Shown: one piece after another, positions 16,375 to 24,545 of the stretch
How the letters are laid out: each line of letters begins with the position of its first letter
Position numbering within the stretch: position 1 is the stretch's first letter
Assembly (NCBI GenBank): GCA_048939015.1
Contig: JBHLPW010000016.1
Coordinates: forward strand, 33,652 to 80,739
Direction: 5' to 3'
Source: Promethearchaeota archaeon
GTDB lineage: Archaea; Asgardarchaeota; Lokiarchaeia; Sigyniarchaeales; SOKP01
Length of the DNA stretch: 47,088 bases
Notes under the pieces: model-generated
Database searches by the model: none
Told to the model about the DNA's origin: nothing
The model's input: only the letters and a program-made list of their open reading frames with translations
Program-made: the position numbers and the translations under genes

Positions 16375-16531
16375 AGCAAATTACCTCAAAAAATATTGTT
16401 TTAAAGCTATAAGTCTAATTACTGAAAATCTGAGGATATTATAAATGTAATTTTTATAGAATATCAAATAAGACTTATATTATTCTTAGAAAAAGTAAAT
16501 AAAAAGATAGAATTTAGAATAAATTATTATC

Positions 16532-17323
16532 TTATTGAAAGTATCCAGTATATTCTTTTCCAGTACCAGGTAATTGTTGCTGTTGTTGGTATTGTTGTGC
16601 TTTCTGGGCGAGCTCCAGCATCTTAGCTTTAATTTCCTTTCCTTGTTCAATAAGAGGTGCTGTGTCAATGGTTAAATTATACATTTTATTCAAAACCTCT
16701 AAAATACTGGCTGCACCTTCTGGAGTAGGAATTTCTAATACAGGAGTAAACAATGCAAAAGCATTCAACCTATTGGTTAGTGCTTCATTTAATACGGTAG
16801 CTTCTGGCCCAACAATAATTCCTTTTTCTACTTTTGCAATACCGAATTTTTCAAGATGTTCCATCATCACCTCTTCAGCAGCATAATAGACTGGATATTC
16901 ATCGATGATTCCTCTCTGAGGAATACCTTGAAAGATAATTATTTCCTTTGCTTTAACATCTTCTGAAAGAGCCCAATTACAAATTGTCTTACTTAAGTCA
17001 TTATAAGCCGTTGGTATCTGAAAAGGAACTTCACAAATACCAATAATTAAATTATACTTAGTGGAATAGAGCAATCTGAATGGATGTTTTAAAACACCCG
17101 CATAAAATACTGAGATAGGCGGGAGATATTCAGAAGTAATGAATCCAATCTCTTTAACATCTGAAAGTTGTTCAATTAGAGTATTAGCAACAATTGGGCC
17201 TATTAACCCAATCCCCGCAAAACCTAGAATGAATGTAGCGCCTTGTTTAATTTCAATTGAAAGATCATCAATAACCACCGTGCTTTTTTTCCCTTTTTCA
17301 CAAATGTACTCTTTTTTTACCAT
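16532..17323 (-). CDS. PAC2-family proteasome assembly chaperone (PbaA/PbaB-like)
   Basis: GFAGIGLIGPI, LPPISV..G..HPFRL, GIIVGP and PTPEGAA. ATG at 17323 follows the SD GGTGA. C-terminus ..GYFQ. Confidence 0.88.
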   Translation of the reverse strand: MVKKEYICEKGKKSTVVIDDLSIEIKQGATFILGFAGIGLIGPIVANTLIEQLSDVKEIGFITSEYLPPISVFYAGVLKHPFRLLYSTKYNLIIGICEVPFQIPTAYNDLSKTICNWALSEDVKAKEIIIFQGIPQRGIIDEYPVYYAAEEVMMEHLEKFGIAKVEKGIIVGPEATVLNEALTNRLNAFALFTPVLEIPTPEGAASILEVLNKMYNLTIDTAPLIEQGKEIKAKMLELAQKAQQYQQQQQLPGTGKEYTGYFQ

Positions 17324-17547
17324 AACTTTCACCAAATTATTTTTAAAGTTAAAAATATGATTATATTGTTATTTCTTTTTATGTTATTTATTGAGCTTAT
17401 ATTATTAAAATTAACCGATTATAGATCATTAAAGTGAAATTCAATCTTAGATTAATTTTATTGATTTAAATTTTTATTCTAAATACAATTTATAATCTTA
17501 ATGAGTAATTTCAGAAAATTTCAATTATTTCATGTTATGTGATTATC

Positions 17548-18345
17548 ATGATTTTAGAAGTACAAGATCTGACAATTCCTACATTGGATCAGAAATGTGT
17601 TATAATAAATAAAGTCTCATTTAGTGTAAAAGAAGGATCAATACATGCAGTTATTGGTCCAAACGGATCTGGAAAATCTACTTTAGCTTATACGATAATG
17701 GGATTAAATAATTACAAACCTTCTGAAGGAAAGATTTACTTTGATGGAATTGACATTACTGATATGAATATCACAGAGCGTGCTAAATTAGGAATAACAT
17801 TAGCCTGGCAGGAACCTGCTAGAATTGATGGTTTATCCATTCCAAAATATATCTCTCTTGGTATTAAAGATGTACAAAATAAGAAAAATATAATTCAAGA
17901 AGCTTTAGAAATTGTAAACTTGGAGCCCGAAAGGTATATGAATCGAACAATTGATGAATCTTTAAGTGGAGGAGAAAGAAAGAGAGTAGAATTAGCAGCG
18001 GTAATAGCTATGAGACCAAAGTTAATAATGTTAGATGAGCCAGATTCTGGATTAGACTTCATTGTTATCGAAGATTTTTTAAATATTTTTGAAAAAATAA
18101 AGGCGTTAAATATGACAATACTATTAATTACTCACAGAGAAGACATTGGGATGGTTGCAGATTATGGAACCCTAATTTGGCGAGGTGATTCTTTAGTAAC
18201 AGACGTATTTCCTAAAGTCATGTTAAGATATTGCGTTAAAGCAGGATTAAAAGAATTTTGTAAAAGAAAATTATTTAATGGGAAGGAAACTTGTTTCGAT
18301 GAAGATTATATTGATAGAATATTTAGGGAGGAACAAGGACTATGA
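17548..18345 (+). CDS. sufC: Fe-S assembly ABC ATPase SufC (SmsC-like)
   Basis: GPNGSGKST, ERAKLGITLAWQEP, LSGGERKRVE and LDEPDSGLD. ATGA overlap with the sufB-like gene. Confidence 0.9.
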   Translation: MILEVQDLTIPTLDQKCVIINKVSFSVKEGSIHAVIGPNGSGKSTLAYTIMGLNNYKPSEGKIYFDGIDITDMNITERAKLGITLAWQEPARIDGLSIPKYISLGIKDVQNKKNIIQEALEIVNLEPERYMNRTIDESLSGGERKRVELAAVIAMRPKLIMLDEPDSGLDFIVIEDFLNIFEKIKALNMTILLITHREDIGMVADYGTLIWRGDSLVTDVFPKVMLRYCVKAGLKEFCKRKLFNGKETCFDEDYIDRIFREEQGL

Positions 18346-19304
18346 GTAAAATAGAATATCCAGAAGAAATTTTAGAAAGTCTTGAAGATTACAATATTGA
18401 TATAAGGGATTTCTTACCCGGACATGGAAAGGGTGCCAAACTTTTACTAGATTTTAATAAAATTAGTGGAGTAGAGCAAGTAGAAGGTGTTATCTTAAAG
18501 GGCAGAGAAATTGAAAATGGAATTGTAGCAGATGTTCTAATTAAAGAGGGTACAAAAATTGATGATCCTGTTCATTTATGTTTTGGAGTAAATAAAGAAA
18601 CAGGTATCCAAGAAATATTTCCCAGAATTATTGCAGAAGATAATACAAAAGTTACAATACAAGCACATTGCAGTTTTCCTAAAGCTAATGGGCTTATTCA
18701 TAAAATGTTTGGCCATTTTTATATAGGGAAAAATTGTAATTTTACTTATAGTGAGACTCATTATCATGGGGAAAATTCAGGAGCATTAGTAGCTCCAGTT
18801 GGTTATATGTATGTCGGTGAAAACAGCATTTTTGAAAATAATTTTAATCTCACAAGAGGAACTCCAGGAAAAGTAAAAATATTGATTGATATATATGCAA
18901 TGAAAAATAGTGTGGTAAAATCCAATATTAGAGCATTTGGAAAGTGTAGAAAAGATTCGATTAGGATAAGGGATTCTGTATTTCTTGAGGGAGAAAATGC
19001 AAGAAGTATTATAAAAATGAAAGCTGCCGCTAAAGATGGTGGAGAAGTGCTAATGTATGGGGTGACTGAAGGAAATGCACCACAATGCAATGGACATGTA
19101 GAATGTAATGAAATTGTATTAGGAAAGGGATCTATATGTAGAGCTCGTCCATTTATTAGGGCGATTGACCCAACATCAAGTGTTTCTCATGAAGCTTCTT
19201 TAGGACGATTTCCTCAAAAGTGGCTTGATGAACTTGAAGCAAAGGGTTTAACTGAGGAGGAAGCTACCCAAATTTTAATTGAAGCAATGCTTCAAGAAGA
19301 ATAA
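18342..19304 (+). CDS. sufB: SufB/SufD-family scaffold (SmsB-like)
   Basis: PVHLCFG, AHCSFP, beta-helix repeats, GHVECNEI and VSHEASLG. Confidence 0.88.
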   Translation: MSKIEYPEEILESLEDYNIDIRDFLPGHGKGAKLLLDFNKISGVEQVEGVILKGREIENGIVADVLIKEGTKIDDPVHLCFGVNKETGIQEIFPRIIAEDNTKVTIQAHCSFPKANGLIHKMFGHFYIGKNCNFTYSETHYHGENSGALVAPVGYMYVGENSIFENNFNLTRGTPGKVKILIDIYAMKNSVVKSNIRAFGKCRKDSIRIRDSVFLEGENARSIIKMKAAAKDGGEVLMYGVTEGNAPQCNGHVECNEIVLGKGSICRARPFIRAIDPTSSVSHEASLGRFPQKWLDELEAKGLTEEEATQILIEAMLQEE

Positions 19305-19338
19305 TAAATTTAATAAATTTGAAAATTAGTGAAATAAA

Positions 19339-19983
19339 ATGAAAGAAAAAACAAAATATCATAATTATCGTTTTATAGGAAAAATAAATGTGGATGAGAT
19401 CGAACCTTGGTTTGATTTTACCACAGCAAAACCTTGGGATGACCCCGAAATTCCATGGCTATTAGATAATAAAGTAAGGCGTGAAATTTTAATAATACTT
19501 GCAGATACCCCAAAGACTTTTCAAGAGATCTATGAACATGTTAATTTTTCCCCTAAACCATTGCTAATTAATGAAGAAGAATATAAATGTAATATTTCTT
19601 ATCAATGGACTAAAGAAACAATTGAGAATCATTTAATGAATTTAGAATGGTATAATTTAATTAAGTTATCCAAAAATAAATATGAATTAACGATCCCGAT
19701 TGTTTCAATAGAAGAGTCTAAAAATTTAGAAGAATATATCGTTAAGTTTACAACGAATTTGATTACAATTATTAAGCAGTTTATAGATGAAATTAAAGAA
19801 AGATTGGAATATAAAAATGAAAAGATTCCTTTATACGATATTTTAATTGAAAAAACAACTGAAAAATTATATGAAATACTTAAAAAAGAGAATTTAGTTC
19901 CTGATACACCTAATTTAAAAAAATTATGGGCAGAACAACTGAGAAAGATTAAATTTGAAGATTGGCTAAAACTGAATTATTAA
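19339..19983 (+). CDS. Winged-helix (ArsR-like) putative transcription regulator with an insertion and a helical C-terminus
   Basis: LLDNKVRREILIILADTPKTFQEI ... TIENHLMNLEWYNLIK..NKYEL pattern. Confidence 0.65.
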   Translation: MKEKTKYHNYRFIGKINVDEIEPWFDFTTAKPWDDPEIPWLLDNKVRREILIILADTPKTFQEIYEHVNFSPKPLLINEEEYKCNISYQWTKETIENHLMNLEWYNLIKLSKNKYELTIPIVSIEESKNLEEYIVKFTTNLITIIKQFIDEIKERLEYKNEKIPLYDILIEKTTEKLYEILKKENLVPDTPNLKKLWAEQLRKIKFEDWLKLNY

Positions 19984-20170
19984 AAAAAGTGCTACTATTA
20001 CTCTGAAACCTCCTTCAAAAATATGAGTAATTATAAGTTAAAAAAAAATAAAAAGTAAAATAGTAGTGGAAAAATAATAAGAATTAAATATTCAGAAAAT
20101 TAAATTAATAAAAATCAGTTAAAGCTTCTAAAAAAAATTAGAAATCAATTGTTTTAAGAAATTTAACATA

Positions 20171-20665
20171 ATGAAATTAGCATTATTATATTTTAATACC
20201 GTTATTGGCCCTGAGATTTATTTTTCTCATCCCGGTTCGATTTTAGAGAAAGTTGGCAAAAAAATGTTAGGTTTTTTTGACTTAGATATGACAGATAAAT
20301 TCTTTGAAGTTTCATTAATTGAAGAAGAATTAAAGATAACAAACTTGTACTTTGAAATAACTTCCTGTTGGGCTCGTGGTAATAAAGAAATGTTGATGCT
20401 TTCTGTAATTACGGATAAAAACTTCAAAAATGAATTACTTTACGATACAATGAAAGATTATTCTACTAAAATAATGTCGTTAGTAAATATATATAAAGCT
20501 TTTTATAATAAAGGGTATCTAAAAGAGAATGATCCAGAAATTGATTTAAAAGTAAAAGAATTACATGAAATACTTCTGGAATGTTATAATGATTTAGGAA
20601 AAAGGTTAAAAGATACAGTTGATGATGAAAAAATAATTAAAAAATTTAAGAAATTTAAATGGTAA
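20171..20665 (+). CDS. Stand-alone uDENN/longin-like domain protein
   Basis: N-terminal LLYFNTVIGPEIYFSHP (F-x4-GP-x6-P hairpin) and FEI..WARG..MLMLSVI, followed by two helices. Confidence 0.7.
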   Translation: MKLALLYFNTVIGPEIYFSHPGSILEKVGKKMLGFFDLDMTDKFFEVSLIEEELKITNLYFEITSCWARGNKEMLMLSVITDKNFKNELLYDTMKDYSTKIMSLVNIYKAFYNKGYLKENDPEIDLKVKELHEILLECYNDLGKRLKDTVDDEKIIKKFKKFKW

Positions 20666-21447
20666 TCAATTTGGAAAAGACTCATTTCATTTACATAGCG
20701 GGACTTATTATTATTTCGATAATTTCTGTCTATGTGTTAACTGTACTACCTCATGGAGCTCCAATCATTGTATTAGAATCAAGTTTCTTTTTATTTGGTC
20801 TTGGTTTGAATAGTACCATATTATTATGGACAATAGGTGGATATTTATTATTAAGATGGATTAGAACAAAAAGAAAAAATACATCTTTATTTATTTGGAG
20901 TATATCTTTTTTCATATTTAGTATTACGTTTGTAGCTCATATCTTTAGAGCACTAGGTTTGCCAAATGCTAATGAGAATTTATCTTCCTTTCATTTTCTT
21001 GCATGGAGATGGGGAATGCCATGTTTTTCTGCGGGAATTTTATATGGAATTTTATTAATTCTAACTGATAGTAAAAAATTGAGACAAATTCCCAGCATTT
21101 CTGTCTTAATTCTTGGATTCTTATTGTTGATAATAGGATTATTTATAATTCCTTCTGAAAATCCTATAGAAGTTACAATGTATCTTTTTCTACATACAAT
21201 TTGGATCCCTATTTGCTTTACTATGGCATATATTTTCGCATATTATGGATATAGAGCGAAAGAAATCGGTCCTAAACTCGTAGGACTTGGATTTTTTGTT
21301 CTTATGATATCTTATCACGGATGGGCTCCTTGGCATTTCCAAGACGTTGTTTATTTGTACTTTATCTGGTATTTTTTATTTTTACTTTCACTCACTCCAA
21401 TTTTATTAGGTTTTGTTTTGATGTCTGTTGAAGAAAGACGTGAATAG
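20659..21447 (+). CDS. Integral membrane protein (~8 TM; 7TM-sensor-like)
   Basis: Eight hydrophobic segments with short loops; overlaps the upstream gene by 7 nt. Confidence 0.75.
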   Translation: MVINLEKTHFIYIAGLIIISIISVYVLTVLPHGAPIIVLESSFFLFGLGLNSTILLWTIGGYLLLRWIRTKRKNTSLFIWSISFFIFSITFVAHIFRALGLPNANENLSSFHFLAWRWGMPCFSAGILYGILLILTDSKKLRQIPSISVLILGFLLLIIGLFIIPSENPIEVTMYLFLHTIWIPICFTMAYIFAYYGYRAKEIGPKLVGLGFFVLMISYHGWAPWHFQDVVYLYFIWYFLFLLSLTPILLGFVLMSVEERRE

Positions 21448-21517
21448 CACAGAAATATAAAAAATTATAATAAATTTTTTATGAAAATATTAATTTAAAT
21501 ATCAAATAAATAATGTA

Positions 21518-22048
21518 ATGTGGGATATTATGGGAAAAAATGATATAAAAGAAGGAGATGACGCTCCATTATTTTCATTTGAATCATATAACAAAGGCAC
21601 TGTTAATCTGGCAGAATTAATTGGAGAGCAAAAGATTGTTTTAATTTTTTCAAGATATTTTGGTTGCCCTTTATGTCAGTTAGATCTAAAAATTCTTTTG
21701 GAACATAAGAATAAAATTATGGAGAAAGGAGCTATAATCTTGTATATAACACAATCAGGTGAGAAAGTAGCAAGAAAATATATAGAGAAAAAAAATATTG
21801 ACTTTCCGGTTATTCCAAGTTCTAAAGATGAATTATATGCAGAATATGGACTAGGATTAATGACAGCTGGAGCTTTCACTCAAGTGAGAGCGAAATTAAA
21901 AGAAGCTACAAAATTAGGTATTGAACATGGTGAATATGAAGGGTGGGAAAAGCAAGGTCCCGGACAATTTGTGATTGATAAGCAAGGAAAGATAATTCAT
22001 GCATTAAAAGGATGGCTTGATGTTGAACGAATATTGTCTGTTCTATAA
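21518..22048 (+). CDS. Peroxiredoxin-like (AhpC/TSA, PRXL2-type) thioredoxin-fold protein
   Basis: GDDAPLFSF, FSRYFGCPLC (CxxC), LYAEYGL and QGPGQFVIDKQG. Confidence 0.85.
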   Translation: MWDIMGKNDIKEGDDAPLFSFESYNKGTVNLAELIGEQKIVLIFSRYFGCPLCQLDLKILLEHKNKIMEKGAIILYITQSGEKVARKYIEKKNIDFPVIPSSKDELYAEYGLGLMTAGAFTQVRAKLKEATKLGIEHGEYEGWEKQGPGQFVIDKQGKIIHALKGWLDVERILSVL

Positions 22049-22141
22049 TAGGCTTTAAAAAATAACAACACTAAATAAATTATAATAAGTCGGTAATATT
22101 AGGAAGTAAATAGTATTTGAAATTATAAGCGGGATGATTTT

Positions 22142-23299
22142 GTGCAAAGTGACGATCAAATCTATAAGAAGCTCCATAAAGAAATTGATGAACGGATGCC
22201 TATTGACTTCCCTGCGCACAAGGATGGTTTAGAAATAGAAATATTGAAACTTCTTTTCACACCAGAGGAAGCGGCAATTGCTATCCATTTAAGTGCTCTA
22301 CCAGAACCTCTAGACAAGATATATAAACGTGTCACAAAAAGTGGCATCTCAATATCTAAAGAAAGATTAGAAGAAGTTTTGAATAATCTTAATGAAAAAG
22401 GAGCTATTCAAGGAGGCGGTTCTATATATGATCATAAGCATAATAGGAGAAGATATCGATTACTTCAATGGGCTATTGGTATTTTTGAATATCAATTGGG
22501 TCAGGTAACTAAAGAATTTGCTGAACTTGCGAAAGAGTACTCTCTTGATGTGTTCTATGAAGAGTTTCATAATAAAAATAAACCTGGTCAAATGCGCACT
22601 ATTCCAATTGAGAAGAGCCTTTCTCCAGATTACACTACTAGTACTTATGATAATATAAGAGATATCATCACAAATAAGGTTAATAAAATCGCTATAATGA
22701 ACTGTGTATGCCGTGAACAGCAAGATGTGCTTAAAGAGTCTTGTAAACTTTCAGATACTCGTCGATGTTGTGTTATGTTCAATGATGCAGCTGAAAGAAG
22801 AATTAACGATGGAATAGGTAAAGAAGTATCTCAAGATGAATTTTTTAAGATTCTAAAGAATTATCAAAAAGAAGGCTTTGTACTCCAACCTGAAAATAGT
22901 CAAAATCCTGAGTTTATGTGTGTCTGTTGTGGATGTTGCTGTGGTGTTTTAAAAATGGCCAAACAGTATCCAAAACCTGCTGAATATTATTCTAATAACT
23001 TTTATGCTCAATCGAATCCAGAACTCTGCAATGGATGCAAAGTGTGTGTAAATAGATGTCAGATGGACGCTATAACTCTTGTAAATGAAAAGGCGATTGT
23101 AAATTTAGACCGATGTATTGGATGTGGGAATTGTGTTCCAACCTGCGGAATGAAAGCTATGAAACTCTATAAAAAAGATAAAAGCGTCACACCTCCAAAA
23201 AGCTCTGGAAGAATGTATACCAAGATGATGATGAAGAAAAGGGGCTTTTTTGGCACACTAAAAATGATAGGGAATATAATATTTGGAAGAAAAGTCTAG
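22142..23299 (+). CDS. Fe-S protein: N-terminal winged-helix-like region, Cys-rich middle and C-terminal 2x[4Fe-4S] ferredoxin
   Basis: LFTPEEA, CVCR, CC, CVCCGCCC, CNGCKVCVNRC and CIGCGNCVPTC. GTG start. Confidence 0.85.
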   Translation: MQSDDQIYKKLHKEIDERMPIDFPAHKDGLEIEILKLLFTPEEAAIAIHLSALPEPLDKIYKRVTKSGISISKERLEEVLNNLNEKGAIQGGGSIYDHKHNRRRYRLLQWAIGIFEYQLGQVTKEFAELAKEYSLDVFYEEFHNKNKPGQMRTIPIEKSLSPDYTTSTYDNIRDIITNKVNKIAIMNCVCREQQDVLKESCKLSDTRRCCVMFNDAAERRINDGIGKEVSQDEFFKILKNYQKEGFVLQPENSQNPEFMCVCCGCCCGVLKMAKQYPKPAEYYSNNFYAQSNPELCNGCKVCVNRCQMDAITLVNEKAIVNLDRCIGCGNCVPTCGMKAMKLYKKDKSVTPPKSSGRMYTKMMMKKRGFFGTLKMIGNIIFGRKV

Positions 23300-23369
23300 C
23301 TATTCAGAACTATTCTTAGTAAAAATTCTCTAATGATAAAATTAAAAAATTAAAGAATTATTAATATCT

Positions 23370-23732
23370 ATGGATTCAATGAATATTCCTGAAAAATATA
23401 TGGATGAAACTATACGCGCTATAGGATTAATTACCAGATCCAAATATTTTTCGCTAATATCTGTTAAAAAAATTAGAGATTTATTTGATATTGATCCATT
23501 AGAGTATTCTAAGATTAATTTCTATTGGAGATCCTTGCAATCCCTTGAAGAAAGTAAAGTTTTACAAAGATATGGCTCTAAAAAACCAAAAAAATATCGA
23601 GTTCGAGATTTTTTCAAATTCTTTGAATTACTTTATGATGCTTACACTCATCAAGCAGGGATTACAAAAAATGAAACTAAAGAGTTAACAACTCATAAAT
23701 ACTCTAAAAATGATGGGGAATATAGTATCTGA
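23370..23732 (+). CDS. Small winged-helix-like protein
   Basis: Helix-helix-helix-wing pattern ending LQRYGSKKPKKYRV. Confidence 0.55.
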   Translation: MDSMNIPEKYMDETIRAIGLITRSKYFSLISVKKIRDLFDIDPLEYSKINFYWRSLQSLEESKVLQRYGSKKPKKYRVRDFFKFFELLYDAYTHQAGITKNETKELTTHKYSKNDGEYSI

Positions 23733-23930
23733 AAGAAATTTATAGCTATGAAGCTATTTAACATTCAAAAAAACTAAAGAATACAGTAATTGCTACTACT
23801 TTTTATTTCAAGTGATGATGTAGATAAAATATTACCTAAATATTACTTAGTTTCAAAAGAAATTTCCATTTGTTTTTTATATATATCTAGATATCTCTCT
23901 GCTATTACCACAAAAGTATAAGAGAAATAT

Positions 23931-24434
23931 TTGAAGAATTATATAAAACTAAATGTAAAATTAACGAAAATGATGATTCCAAATCTACAAGAATCGGAAG
24001 CTTTTTTTAAAAAAACCCAAAACACTTGTCGAGTTAAATCCTCTCCATGTGCTTATGATTGCCAAGATTGTAGATATAGGCATAAAGGATTATGTGATAT
24101 ATTTATTGACTATAATTCTGAGAATCCCATTAATGATAATTCAATTAATCTTGATAACAAAATAGAAGTATTGGCAGATTTAAGATTAGAAGATTTAGAA
24201 CCCGTTTTAGATCTTAAAGATTTATTTTATGAAGTTAAGATAAATAACGGTATAAGAAATACAATTGAAAATTTCCCACAAAAGACAAAATATGATAGTT
24301 TCAAACTACTTACAGATATCCAGAGGGTATTAAAAAAATGCAAGCATTTAACACAAAAGGATAAATTAATGTATTGTCAAAGTCAAAGATATTTTATGAA
24401 ATTGTATTTACGGGAAATTAATAAACCTGATTAA
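23931..24434 (+). CDS. Hypothetical Cys-cluster protein, possibly the remnant of a decayed gene
   Basis: C-x6-CAYDCQDC-x6-C cluster. Weak start; upstream DNA reads as short broken frames. Confidence 0.4.
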   Translation: MKNYIKLNVKLTKMMIPNLQESEAFFKKTQNTCRVKSSPCAYDCQDCRYRHKGLCDIFIDYNSENPINDNSINLDNKIEVLADLRLEDLEPVLDLKDLFYEVKINNGIRNTIENFPQKTKYDSFKLLTDIQRVLKKCKHLTQKDKLMYCQSQRYFMKLYLREINKPD

Positions 24435-24545
24435 AGGTATTACTTACATATACACCTTTTTCCTCCATATTTAGTTTGATAACATCATAGAAAAAATAAA
24501 AGACTCAAACAAATTGATTGACTATATTTATATAAAAAAATTGAA

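Noticed and set aside
16486-16668. 60-aa ORF with an Asn-rich run
   Set aside because: Alternative-frame reading of the PAC2 poly-Gln codons.
21518-22048. Possible selenoprotein (Prx-like family)
   Set aside because: Both redox positions are Cys codons (CPLC); no UGA readthrough is needed.
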